DNA of 64,000 nt from Okamejei kenojei (taxonomy: Eukaryota). Location of the stretch: contig CM069165.1 of NCBI GenBank assembly GCA_035221665.1, forward strand, positions 22,382,001 through 22,446,000. The letters are read 5' to 3'. Positions 50,626-63,390 of this stretch are shown piece by piece; position 1 is the first letter of the stretch; every line of letters begins with the position of its first letter. Under the pieces are notes generated by a model that searched no databases, had not been told where the DNA came from, and saw only the letters and a program-made list of their open reading frames with translations. The position numbers and the translations under genes were made by a program.

Positions 50626-52172
50626 TCCATATACATGTTCACCAGCCTGCTTGCTCGGCAGGTTATCCATTCAAAATGATGATTGCCCTCTGTAGCTCTG
50701 CACAGCATGGTGCAGGAGCCTGCGGCTACACTGCTTTAATTAAACACCACAGGATAATTAGTCTTCAAGATCACATTGACAGTAAACTTTTATTCTTTGA
50801 GTCTGATGAAGGGACTCGACCTGCAACGTCACCCATTCCTTCTCTCCAGAGATGCTGCCTGTCCCGCTGAGTTACTCCAGCATTTTGTGTCTATCTTTTA
50901 TTCTTTGGAATCTTTTGTACAATGAAGAACGCCTTTAACAATGACTCTTGAATGAGCTGAATCGAATTTTCATTGATGCGAAATGTGTCGAAAATGCAAT
51001 CTGAAGTTTCAAACACTCTGTTCTCCTATTTTGGAGGAACGATGAATTCAGACGCCTGCAAATGGCGGAAGAATTGTGTGTGAAAAGCTGAATGTTGATT
51101 ATCTTAGTATTATTATTGAATTGCTTAATATAATTATTTCAGTATTTCCCTGAAGGATATGTCGCGAAAAGCGCAACTTATTTTCTTTATGATTTCATAT
51201 TAATAATCTAAAGTTTTTTTTTAAATTTTGGTTTGCAGCATGTTATCTTGCTTTGTTGGCCATAGATTGTGGCGAATGTCTTCAATTACTTAGCATTGTT
51301 GAGTATAATTAACATGTCATGGCATTATATGTGTCTCCAATGTTTTATCACGAATAATGCAAACTTTGCAATTTAGATGGCATGTTGATTAGCCACAAGT
51401 CAAATAAGAGCGTAGTTGTGTCTATGTGAAAAGAAAAGTTGCACTGAAGAATCTGCCTAGTTGTTTGTGCTAACGTTTGCAGTGCCAGACTTATGCGTCA
51501 AGAGTTGAGGCAAGAGCGCTAATTTATTAAAGGCACTGGATATGAAACAGAACAAAGACAGACACAAAATGTTGGAGTGACTCCACGGGACAGGCAGCAT
51601 CCCTGGAGGTGCTTTCAAGAGAGAGTTAGGCAGGGCTCTTAAAGATAGCAGAGTCAGGGGATATGGGGAGAAGGCAGGAATGAGGGGTGCTGATTGTGGA
51701 TGACCAGCCATGATCACAGTGATTGGCGGTGCTGGCTCGAAGGGTCGAATGGCCTACTCCTGCACCTATTGTCTATTGAGAGAAGGAATGGGTGACGTTT
51801 CGGGTTGTGTCCCTTCCCCAGACTCGGCCCCAAACGTCACCCATTCCTTCTCTCCAGAGATGCCGCCTGTCCTGCTGAGTTACTCCAGCATTTTGTGTTT
51901 ATCTTCGGTTTAAACCAACATTTACAGTTCCTTGGGTACACAAAAGGCTGGAGAAACTCAGTGGGTGCAGCAGCATCTATGGAGCGAAGGAGATAGGCAA
52001 CGTTTAAGCTGAAACCCTTCTTCAGACCCTTTACAGTTCCTTCCTACACAGGTCAGTAACTGTATTGGGTTGAGCAAAGTCTATCACTTGCTGCAGCTCC
52101 CTTTGTTCTCAAGCATTTTTGAATTTCCAATAGGTGGCAGGGTCAGAGGTGTGAGGGAGATCAGCACTGAGC

Positions 52173-52396
52173 CAGGGCCGTCCTAACAGCATTATAGGCC
52201 CCCGGGCAAAGCAGTGAACTGGGGCCCCTACACTTCCGGTTTCTTTATGCCGAATCAAATATGCCATCATGCACTTGCGGTGTTTCTCTCCGCTCCCACA
52301 ATAACATTCTACAATACATAGATTATCATGGGGCCCCCTTATGCTCGTGGGGCCCCGGGCATCTGCCCAGCCAGCCCATGCATTAAGACGTCCCTG
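52173..52396. mobile_element. hAT-type MITE
   Basis: TIRs CAGGGCCGTCCTAA / TTAAGACGTCCCTG; perfect 8-bp TSD CACTGAGC at 52165-52172 and 52397-52404. Confidence 0.88.
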
Positions 52397-53029
52397 CACT
52401 GAGCCACAACCAGCGCTGCCCCCACACTGCACTGAACCTCTTTATACAATGTGTAAAATCTCCCCGAAGATTGACACAAAATGCTGGAGTAACTCAGCAG
52501 GGACCGGCAGCCTTTGTGGATTGAAGGAATGGGTGACGTTTCGTGGTCGAGACTCTTCCTCAGACTGACCCTTGCTCCTCAGTCTGAAGAAGGGTCTCGA
52601 CCCGAGACGTCACCCATCCCTTCTCTCCAGAGATGCTGCCTGTCCCGCTGAGTTACTCCAACATTTTGTGTCTATCTTCGCTTTAAACCAGCATCTGCAG
52701 TTCCTTCCTGTAAAATCTCTCCAGCAGGTTCCTCAGATTCAGCTGATAATAATGGCTATAAAAATAAATGACTGCCTTTCAAAAGGAATGTGGCCTTTCC
52801 CTTTTATTTGCTTGTAACGTCTTGTAGCTTCTCAAATTTCATTTATTTCGAATAAACATACCTCTCAGGCAGCCTGCTTATGTAATGAAAGACAGAGTGA
52901 GGATGGACAGATGGTGCTTACGGGAGTAAAAGGACAAGAGATTAAGGCATGTAGCAAATGCCTGGGTGAAACAAAGGATTTAGTAAAAGCAGAGAGAGCT
53001 GGCTTCACACATACGCTGTTGAACATCCG

Positions 53030-53915
53030 GGGGCGCTGCATGATGGCTGCCTCTGCCTACAGTGTTTGTTTTTCTGTCTTTTTTTTATTTTTGGTTTGTT
53101 TGGGGTTGTTCTGGAGGATTTTGTTCGGTATTTTGTGTGGGGGAGGTGGGTAGGGTAAGGGGGAACCGTTTCCCAGTCACCTCCTGGCGAGGATGCGACT
53201 ATTTTCCGAGTCGCGCCCTCGCCCCCCCCCCACTCCTCGCGGCCTACCAACTGGATTGGCGCGGCCTTTCCTGCCGGGGACCGGACCAGAGCTTCAGCAG
53301 CAGCGGCGCAGCGCTGGATACTTCGCCGTGCGGGCGATGCCTCACCTGGGAACGCCGTTTGAAGCTCCCAGCCTGTTTGATGCCTCACCTGGGAACGCGT
53401 TTGAAGTGTTGGGCCTGCTGCTTCAACATGGCGGAGCTGTGATTTGTAGAGCTCCCAGCACAGGCGGCGCTGAGTCCTGGGACCCTTTGCCGAGGGCCGC
53501 CAGCGTTGAATCTCCGCCTATGGACTTCGGGAGCCGCTTACTCCGGTAGGAAGTGTCCGATTCAGAGGTCCAAGCCGCTGAGGATGTTCTTTCGTTCCGA
53601 TGTCGGAGTTCCATCGTCCCGGCGAGAGGGCCTGAACATCAGGCCGCCCGTAGCGGCGACTGCGGGGGGGCTCGGGAGGCCCGGACCACGGGTGAACATC
53701 GGGGAACATCAACGAGGAGGCTGACTGGAATTTGGTGCCTTCCCTCACAGTGGGAAACTTTGATACCGCTGTGGGGGTGTTTGTGTTGTGGACTATCGTG
53801 TTCTGTGCTTTTATTTTTTAAATTCGTATGGCTGTATGGGAAAAAGCATTTCATTATCTAAGTATTTGTACTTTGGACAATGGCAATAAAGTTGAATTAA
53901 ATCAAATCAAATCAA
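53030..53915 (+). mobile_element. Unclassified CpG-rich retroposon-like element
   Basis: CpG-rich body with an internal duplication (GATGCCTCACCTGGGAACGC), 3' stem-loop (CACAGTGG...CCGCTGTG), AATAAA and (AAATC)n tail; 3' part resembles about 47930-48125 and 8740-8900(-). Confidence 0.5.
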
Positions 53916-55024
53916 ATATGAAAAATCCTCCAGTTGGTAAATAATAATGGACCAAGCACAGGCAACTGGGGCTAGTGTAGCTGGGACATTGTTGGCCGGT
54001 GTGGGCGAGTTGGGCCAAAGGGCCTGTTTCCACACTGTATCATTCTATGACTCCATGACCCTATAACTTCTCTCCCCACTAGGACTACACAGACTAAAGC
54101 CAGTCACTCATTCGAATCAGGACTTCATAGGTGATAGGAGCAGAATTAAGCCATTCGGCCCATCGAGGCTACTCCGCCATTCAATCATGGCTGATCTATC
54201 TCTCCTAAACCTAATTCTGAACATTAAGGAAATCAAGGGATATGGGACAGTGCAGGAAAATGGTTCTGAGGGAGAAAATTAGCTAGAGTCCCCAATGAAG
54301 GGGCACATGGACTACTCCTGATCTTCTGTCTTATGTTTCTTGCATGGAACTTGGGTTGAATGTAGAAACAATTGGCCTAAACTGGAATGTAAATTAACAT
54401 CAGGTTTTTTACTTGATTTTATTAAAAGGCAAATCACCAGAGATGCTGCCTGGCCGGTTGAGTTACTCCAGCCCTATGTGCCTTTTTTGTTGTTGTATAA
54501 TCTGGCATTTGCAGTTCCTTGTATCTCTGGAGGTCGGGACTGAAGGAATATAGAGTTATGTAAAGAGTGCAGGATTCAGGGAGGCCACAGAGAAGGCAGC
54601 AGCAGCAGTACAACAGAATAAGAATTTTTAACTCGTGATTGGTAAATTTTGTCCATTTTCCAGAATCGTTGGATGGGCCCCGGGCAGCGAAGTGGAGCTG
54701 AATCATGGGGTCAATCATGATCTTATCGAATGGTTTGAAGCCCAAGGGACCAATGGAGTTGGAGTTTTTTTTTTTCCCTGCCTGACTCATTTGTTTATAT
54801 GATGAGGTGTTAACACAGCTGTTAAAAAACTCATGCATCAGGAAGTGGCATGTTGAACATGTTGGTGGTGTGATTGGTGAGAGAGTGTCACCTCTTACAG
54901 GGGCTGTGGTTCTGCGTCAGACAAAACGTCTCTCGGGTGAGATGCTGAATAAAAAATTAGTCTGTCCCACCAAGATGAGAAACGTTCCCCTTTACCGCGG
55001 TTACTGGGACACATGACAATAAAC

Positions 55025-55460
55025 TATTTTTTTAATTTTATTTTTTTTAGAAGCAATTGTACAAAGATAAAACATTCGGCATCTAAAATTATACAATTAT
55101 TGTACAGCTTCATTTTTTAACCTTCTAACCTGAAAATGGAAAAAAAGCAAAGAAAAAGAGAACGAGAAAGGCAAAAAGTGAGAAGTGGAAAGACAGCTCG
55201 AAAAAGAACAAAGGAAAGACCCCTAAACTACCAAAGTAGTGTGGCCGGAAGATATAGAAATAAGAAAAAAGGAAAAGAAAGGTGGAGATATATCTTGCCC
55301 CTCATCCCTCCCGCCCACCTCACCCAACCCGGCATCGGATTTAAATTTAAATGTGCATTGCATCATACTATTCTTGTAAGAATTCGATGAAGGGTTCCAT
55401 GTCTTGAGAAATTGATCTGGTTTTTCAGCCAAGACAGGCCCAATGTTTTCCAAAGGTGAA
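55025..55460 (-). mobile_element. L1-clade LINE 3' fragment
   Basis: LENIGPVLAEKPDQFLKTWNP resembles an L1 ORF2 end; poly-T at left. Confidence 0.6.
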
Positions 55461-55524
55461 GTGACTCTTGACTTGACTCTTGACATACGAGCCCGGCTGG
55501 TGTTAGAGAGGAACATGGCTGTAT

Positions 55525-55925
55525 TAGAAACATAGAAAATAGGTGCAGGAGTAGGCCATTCGGCCCTTCGAGCCTGCACCGCCATTCAATATGATCATGG
55601 CTGATCATCCAACTCAGTATCCCGTACCTGCCTTCTCTCCATATCCCCTGATCCCTTTAGCCACAAGGGCCACATCTAACTCCCTCTTAAATATAGCCAA
55701 TGAACTGGCCTCAACTACCTTCTGTGGCAGATAATTCCACAGATTCACCACTCTCTGTGTGAAAAATGTTTTTCTCATCTCGGTCCTAAAGGACTTCCCC
55801 CTTATCCTTAAACTGTGACCCCTTGTTCTGGACTTCCCCAACATCGGGAACAATCTTCCTGCATCTAGCCTGTCCAACTCCTTAAGAATTTTGTAAGTTT
55901 CTATAAGGTCCCCCCTCAATCTTCT
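55525..55925 (-). mobile_element. CR1 LINE 3' end (well preserved)
   Basis: RGDLIETYKILKELDRLDAGRLFPMLGKSRTRGHSLRIRG...GIRGYGEKAGTGY*; (CATAGAAA)n tail. Confidence 0.9.
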
Positions 55926-58025
55926 ATAAGATCACCCCCCTAAACTGTGACCTTTTGTTCTGGACCTCAATTGTATTGTAGTTATTTAGTATATTTGTAA
56001 CATAGTTGTTTGGAAATTTAGTGTCTGAATAATTGGGTGATTTTTGTAACATGGTGGTAGGTGTGTCACCGTGGTTTTGTTTTGTACCGTGATAGTAATT
56101 AAATAAATTATTTTTGATACGAAAATAAGAGACGAGAAGCGTTTTAATCAAAGGTGTGTGAAGCTGGGGAATTCTCACTTGTTGAGTATTTTGAATGTTG
56201 GGATGGATATCTGTGGCAGCAGAAGAGACATGGGGGAAGAAGGCAAAGCGTTGGAGGAACTCAACAGGTCAAACAGCATCACTGGCAACTGAGGGACCGG
56301 CGATGTTTCGATCCACATCGTGGCTGCTTGGGTGTGAAATTGGAGGAGACAATAGATTATCCATGATCTCACTGAACGGTGGGGCGGGTAAGAGGGGCTG
56401 AAAGGCCTGCTCATCATTCTGTTTCTTACATGGTCCTATTTTCTTTGAGATGGCTATAAAATATTTGGTGACTCTGCTTCGAATGTAGGTCCACCAACTG
56501 GGTCTTTGTTTGGAATGGCCCGGCCTGAGTAAGATGCCTCGCTCGCTCCTCTCGGTAGCCTCCGAAGGTTTCAAGTGGACAATCAGGAGAGAGGAGAGGT
56601 TGCCGCTCTGCGTGACTGAAGGTTGGCTCTCTCGCTGGTGGATCAGACAGACGGTCACCTCCACCAAGGCCACTTGGTCAAGAGTTGACTGCTGCCTTCA
56701 AGGCAAATTGAACCAGGGATCTCAGGTGTGGGATCAATGATGGGTGATTTTTCCCTGCAGGGCACAAGCGGCAGGAAGAGTCTGCAGTTGGGTGAGTCAC
56801 CAGTCTGACCGCAAGACTTGTCACCACAGCACATCCCATGCCATTCACAGAGTGTGGTTTCTTCTGCCATGATATCAATGACGTTAGTTAGTCACTATCA
56901 GACTGTGCATGTTACTGCAATATGCAAGGCCACATGAAATCATTTCCCCTTCACTAGAAATGATGCAGAATTGCATCGACAATCAATTGCACCAGATTTC
57001 TTGACTCACATCATTTACTGAAAATGAAAGGTAGGGAGGATATTATTCAGACTCTTGCACAATCTCAGGCTTCCAGCAACCTCATGCTCATTCACCCGCC
57101 TTCGTGCCTAATCCTCTGAATCTCTCCATTTTAAAATTCCATAGCCTGCCACTGCCCATCTCCATAGCTTCCACCAACCTCTCAGAAGCCCCTGTTCCTC
57201 AACTTGTTCTGCTCTGTACTCACCTTCAATACCCCCCAATCCCCACTTTAACCCACCAAATCTCAGTGATTCTACCTGCAGTCACAACGTCTCAAACTCT
57301 GCCGTTCCATCCATCAAACTCTCTTCTTCTCTGATTCCTCCTTAAACAAACCTTTGGCCGAAGATTTTATCACCTATCCGAAGATTTGAATAAAAAAGGC
57401 TTAAAACATACTTTTTTCAAAACATTCCTTTGGCCAATCAATTTATCACCTCTTGAAACATGTTTTCAAAAGTACTTGCATCGTGACGGGTAGACAAAAA
57501 GGCTGGAGAAACTCAGCAGGTGACGTCTCGACCCGAAACATCACCTATTTCCTTCGCTCCATAGATGCTGCCTTCCCCGCTGATTTTCTCCAACATTTTG
57601 GTTTACCTTCAATTTTTCCAGCATCTACAGTTCCTTCTTAAACATGCATCGTGACAGAGCCTTTAATATCCTCTCTACAGCCAATAAGATAAATTTGAAT
57701 CATCATTAGTATTGTACAGTAGGAAACACTCCAAATCTTTTGTGTGTAGGATCCCATGAAGAGCAAAATGATAATGAGCAGATAATCAGTTTTTAGTTTA
57801 GTTTGGCTGAGAGATACAGCATTGAAACAGGCCCTACGGCCCACTGAGACCAGGCTGACCATCGATCACCCGTTCACATTCATTCTGTTGTCCCACTTTC
57901 TCATCTACTCCTTACACACTGTGGGCCAATTTAAAGAGGGCAATTAACTTGCATACCCACATGTCTTTGGGATGTGCGAATAAAGCAGAGCACCTAGAGA
58001 GAACCCGCGGGGAGAACGTACAAAC

Positions 58026-58419
58026 CAAAGATCCTATAGCGGAGCAAGGTAGACCACTCCTGCTAAATGCAATGGGCTGACGTGTAGTACGCAACGTGTA
58101 GTACGTGGGCCTTTCTTTCATCCATTTCAGTAACCCGACCCAACCCGACTCGCAGTGTAATCAACGTTGCGGGGGAACCATTTGTGTTACTAAATTAAAA
58201 TTCTGAAAATGAGGAGAAGATTTTTACCAAATAACTTTTATTTTTACGAGGATGTTTCTGTAACCGGCTTCCGTCTCCGCACTATTATCCTACGGGATCT
58301 TTGGTGCGGAGACGGAAGCCGGTTACGGAAATGGGGCCGAAAATTACCCATGAATCTGCCCATGACCGTACTACGTCCTTTTCGTCGAGTGGACTATCAT
58401 GCTCGCTGTAGGATCTTTG
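58026..58419 (+). mobile_element. MITE with CAAAG termini and 8-bp TSD (P-element-like), inserted in a V-SINE
   Basis: TIRs CAAAGATCCTATAGCG / CGCTGTAGGATCTTTG; TSD GTACAAAC at 58018-58025 and 58420-58427. Confidence 0.85.
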
Positions 58420-59728
58420 GTACAAACTCCATACAGACAGCACCTGTAGTCAGGATCGAACCTGAGTCTCTGGCGCTGGAAAGAAGCAACACTACCCGCT
58501 GTGCCACGCTGCTGTCCTATGTTTTACTGATGTTATTGAGAGGCAACGATTGGGGAGGACCCTAGGATAACAGTCTGAAGAAGGGTCATGACCCAAAACA
58601 TCATCTATCCATATTCTCCAGAGATGCTGCCTGACCCGCTGAGTTACACTAGCACTGTGTCTTTTTTTTTGTAGACCACCACCTGCAGTTCCTTGTTCCT
58701 ACACTAAGATACAGGTAACTCCTCAGTTTTTTTAAAACTGAGATAATTTTAAACTGAGATCATTTATACCTACCCACAAGGCAGCAGAGATTTAGTTTGA
58801 CAATCAACGTATATGACATTGGTGGTGGGGCCAAGTTTGTTGATGGGTGGACTTGTGGCTGTTTAAAAGGGTACAGATAAGCTGTGGTAGACACAAACTG
58901 CTGGAGTAACTCAGCGGGACAGGCAGCATCTCTGGGGAGAGAGAATGGGTGACGTTTCGGGTTGAGACCATTTCTCAGACTGATGATCTATATCCTATAG
59001 ATGAGCTGTGAGTGGACAAGAATATGATAGATGGAATATACTAATTTAATGTGGACTTTGTTCCTAAAAATGGGGACCAGAGTAAGTGCATCGAGGACCA
59101 CAGGACATCTGCTTACGGTGAAGGGGAAAAGATGTAATAGGAGTCCGAGGGGTAACTTTTTCACACAAAAGGTGATGGGTGTATGGAACGAGCTGCCAGA
59201 GGAAGTCATTGAGGCATGAACTATCCCAATCTTGAAGAAACAGTTATACAGGTAAATGGATAAGACAGGTTAGGTGGGATATGGACCAAACACAGGTAGG
59301 TGGGACAAGTTGGGGCAAGTTGGGCTAAGGGGCCTGTTCCCAAGCTGTGTGACTCTGTTAGCTCCATCTGACTGAACAATTTTGTTTGAAGTAATTTGGG
59401 ACCTTTGGGTTAGGGTTGTCTCCACTGAAGGGTGAAAGGAATTCAAGTGAGTGCACTCCAGATGAAACAATGAAATGTTTTTTTTTGTATCTAGAGTGTG
59501 GTACACATCTGGAAGGCACTAAACTGAGGGGCTGGTGGAGGCAGGAACACTCACAACATTGAAGGCCTACATAGACAAGGACCTGAAACACCATGGCAAA
59601 GTGCTGGAAAATAGGATTAATAGGGAAAAGTACCCAAAGGTCAGATTGAGGATTGTGGACCAAGGGGTCAATTTCCTTGCTGTGTGATGCTGGGACTCCG
59701 TGAAAGGCATTGTGAATTTCCAGCTGTG

Positions 59729-60172
59729 CAGAGACTCCAACCCCAAGCACCTTCTGATCTGGAGATTCTCCCGCCTGGATCCCCTAGGAAACTGGAGACT
59801 CCAAACTCATGTGCGCGAAGCGCGAAGTCCCTTGCGGCCGGGGTCCGGGGGGGGGGGGGGGGGTAGAGCGCCTAGCATGCACATTATACATGTATACATG
59901 TATGCACTATATGCATTAAAACGTATGTAGTATCGCGTGTGCGCATTTGGTTATTTATACACCGTGGAAATGCATGAAAATTAAATTCCACTTTTCAAAA
60001 AGGTGATTGGGCGGGAGAAAGAACATTTCAAGCGGGAGAAAATACATCTTAAGTGGGAGACACAAAGCCAGGGCGGGAGAAATTAAATCTCAAGCGGGAG
60101 ATCGGGAGATTTTGCGAAAATGGCCTTTCGGCGGGAGATCTCCCGTCGAAAGCGGGAGAGTTGGAGTCACTG
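59729..60172. mobile_element. hAT-like MITE with subterminal GCGGGAGA repeats
   Basis: TIRs CAGAGACTCCAAC / GTTGGAGTCACTG; many GCGGGAGA motifs; flanks AGCTGTG/GGCTGTG (imperfect TSD). Confidence 0.6.
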
Positions 60173-60797
60173 GGCTGTGTTAGCTGACTCCATTTCAAAG
60201 GGTGGCTAACTGAGAGACTGAACACACAACATTAAAGGACATCAATTATGGCATTGAGCTTCTTTTGAATCATCAAAAACCTTTTTAATGAACAGTGTTC
60301 AAGGCAATCCACATGATGGAGGAGCAGCAAGACATACACGGCCCTGTCACGCTCTTATTTCGGGACTACTATCGGCAAGAAGGAGCCTGAAATCCTTGAT
60401 CGCCAGGTTAATGAACAGTTTCTTCCCAACAAACATCAGGCCCTTGAGCACAACGCAACACTAACCTCTGGTATGTAAAATAGCAATCTGGAGAAAAGTT
60501 CCGACCCGAAACGTCACCCATTTTGTTTTCACCAGCGATGCTGCCGGACCTGTTGAGTTACTCAAGCACTTTGTGTCTAACAACACTAACCTCAGCAATT
60601 ATTATCTTCTAAGGACCGTGTCCTTGGCCGCACCTCGTATTTTGTTTTTTGCACTTTTGTGGTTACCATAAATTATTGTATTTTTGACTATTATATATTT
60701 ATCCACGAGTCATTACATTTACAAGCCTGTTAAGCTGCAGCAAGTAAGGATTTCATTGTTCCATTGCCAGTACACATGGCAAAGAAACACTCTTGAC

Positions 60798-61178
60798 CAA
60801 AGATCCTGCAGCGAGCAGGATAGATCACTCGACGAAAAAGACGTAGTACGGTCATGGGCAGATTCATGGGTAATTTTCGGCCCCATTTCCGTAACCGGCT
60901 TCTGTCTCCGCACCAAAGACACCATAGGATACTAGTGCGGAGACGGAAGCCGGTTACGGAAACATCCTCGTAAAAATAAAAGTTCTTTGGTAAAAATCTT
61001 CTCCTCATTTTCAGAATTTAAATTTATTAACACAAACTGTTCCCCCGCAACACTGCGAGTCGGGTCGGGTTACTGAAATGGATGAAAAAAAGGCCCACGT
61101 TCCGCTCCGTTGCGTACTACACGTCAGCCCATTGCATTTAGCAGGAGTGGTCTATCTTGCTCTGCTATAGGATCTTTG
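60798..61178 (-). mobile_element. Second copy of the CAAAG-terminus MITE, inverted
   Basis: Reverse-complement match to 58026-58419; TSD CTCTTGAC (60790-60797) / CTCGTGAC (61179-61186). Confidence 0.85.
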
Positions 61179-62036
61179 CTCGTGACACCCTTTGAAAAGA
61201 TCCGCCTCATTTACAGACTCCCTACTCTGTTCTCCCATTGCCTTTCACCTCCAGATAACCTGGATTATGATCACAGTTTCACCCACATGACAAAGTTGCA
61301 CATTCTGGTTTTTCAGACCTCAATTTGAACAAAGAAAAATACAAGACAGTCAAGTCAAGTCAGGCCGCGTTTGTTGTCACATTCACAAGTTCGATCAGGT
61401 ACAGACTCAAAGAAAACCTTGCTTGCAGCAACATCAGAGACACAAAGACTTAGACAAACACAAGATACATAAATTAGACATGAATTATTCATATAATTAC
61501 ACCCAAAATTCTGCAAAAGAAAAAAGAACTCTGCAATAAAAGAAAGGCCATTAAAAAAATTACCATTACTGGTAAAGAAAGCAGACAGTGTGCGCTTGCT
61601 TTCATGGCTTGGGGCATCATTGAGTTTAAGTGTCAGGAAGGCACAATGCAGCTTTGTATGACTTTGGCTGTGCCACACTTGCAGTATTACATGCAGTTCT
61701 GGTTACCCCCATTACAGGAAGGATGTGGAGGCGTTGGAAATGGTGCGGTGGATGTTTACCAGTGTGACGCCTGGATTTCGGGGCTATTAGCTACAGGGAG
61801 AAGTTGGATAGATTTGCATTGTTTTCTCTGCAATGCTGGAGGTTGCGCGGAGATCTGATAGGAGTATATAAAATTAGGCAGCATCTCTGGAGAGAAGGAG
61901 TGGGTGACGTTTCGGGTCGAGTCCCTTCTTCAGAATGCTTCCTGGGCCCGCTGAGTTACTCTAGCTTTTTGTGTCTATCTTCAATGAAATGGCACAGTGG
62001 GGGGGGGGTAGAACCCATGTGGGTTCCCCCCCCCCC

Positions 62037-62185
62037 CGCACTAGTATCTTTGCTCCGCTACGGGATCTTTGGTGTGGAGACGGAAACCAGTTACGGAAAT
62101 GGGGCCGGAAATTACCCCATGAATCTGCCCATGACCGTACTACGTCTTTTTCGTCGAGTGATCTATCTTGCCCGCTGTAGGATCT
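62037..62185 (+). mobile_element. Third, partial copy of the CAAAG-terminus MITE
   Basis: Matches the right half of 58026-58419 (GGAGACGGAA...CATGACCGTACTACGTC...CGCTGTAGGATCT). Confidence 0.75.
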
Positions 62186-63066
62186 ACGCGGTAAATGGCT
62201 CATGTTATAGGCGAGTCTCCAGGGGACTGTTCATTAACATGTGTGATGGAACAGATGACAGGGAAACGGGAGGCGGGATGGGATTGATGGATTGTTATGT
62301 GTACAAGAACCGACTTGTTGGGTCAAATGAGTTCCTTCTTGATTGTAAGTAAATATATATGATGTGTCGTTGCTGCTGTAATGTTGGAAACGCAGCAGCT
62401 AATTTGCACACTTTAAACCTACCCGTGACCAGGGGAAGGTGATAATGACCAGACAGCCACATGAATCTTCTTTTGTGCGGGTCTTTTGGGGCTACCAATG
62501 ATGGCAGGCAAGACCTCAGTTTAATGAATCTGGCAAGTTAGCAGATCTTCAATGTAGGCACTGCGATCTGTGGGGGAAATTGCCCCAGCACCAGGGACAA
62601 GAAACATTAGTTCAAAAGGGATAGGAGCAGAATTAGGCCATTCAGCTCATCATGCCAGCTCCGCCATTCAATCATGGCTGATCTACCATCCCCTCTCAAC
62701 CCCATTCTCCTGTCATTAACACTGCAGCTTGCAATGGGGATGGTGAGTGCCACAAAATATAGGAACTGATATTTTGGGTTTGAGACCCATCTTCAGACTG
62801 AGAGTCAGGGGAAAGGGAAACTGAGTTCCAGGCTGAGCTCCAGGCCCACAGCCGCCACCAAGAGCTTCCATATTGCGATTGCCCAAGGAACTCTCTTCCG
62901 TGTTGTCCACTCTTCTCAGAGGGTAGCACTAGATCCTGAATTCTAACCTTGACCTAGCGTTGCACCAACACAATATTATTTTTCTTGGAATTAGACATAT
63001 AATTGGAACCCATCACCACCTCTTTGTTATTTTGCTTGGCTCATTTTGGCAGCCGATTGCAAGAAT

Positions 63067-63390
63067 TGTAGTTTAGTTTAGTTTAGAGATACAGCGCAGA
63101 AACAGGCCCTTCGGCCCACCGGGTCCGCGCCGACCAGCGATCCCCGCACACCAACACTCTCCTACACACACCAGGGACAATTTGTTACACATACACCAAG
63201 CCAATTAACCTACAAACCTGCACGTCTTTGGAGTGTGGGAGGAAACCGAAGATCTCGGGGAAAACCCACGCAGGTCACGGGGAGAACGTACAAACTCCGT
63301 ACAGACAGCACCCGTAGTCGGGATCGAACCCGGGTCTCGGCACTGCAAGCGCTGTAAGGCAGCAACTCTACCGCTGCGCCACCGTACCGC
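63067..63390 (-). mobile_element. Full-length-looking tRNA-derived V-SINE (HE1-like)
   Basis: Minus strand: TGGCGCAGCGG A box, GGTTCGATCC B box, V-domain-like core (GGAGTTTGTACGTTCTCCCCGTG...GGTTTCCTCCCACACTCCAAAGA), (TAAAC)n tail; CpGs retained. Confidence 0.85.

Noticed and set aside
49985-50708. Pro/Ser-rich and Gly/Glu-rich ORFs
   Set aside because: Translations of a SINE plus a CT-rich tract.
63300-63390. tRNA gene
   Set aside because: A/B boxes continue into the V-domain and tail shared with many dispersed copies; it is a SINE head.
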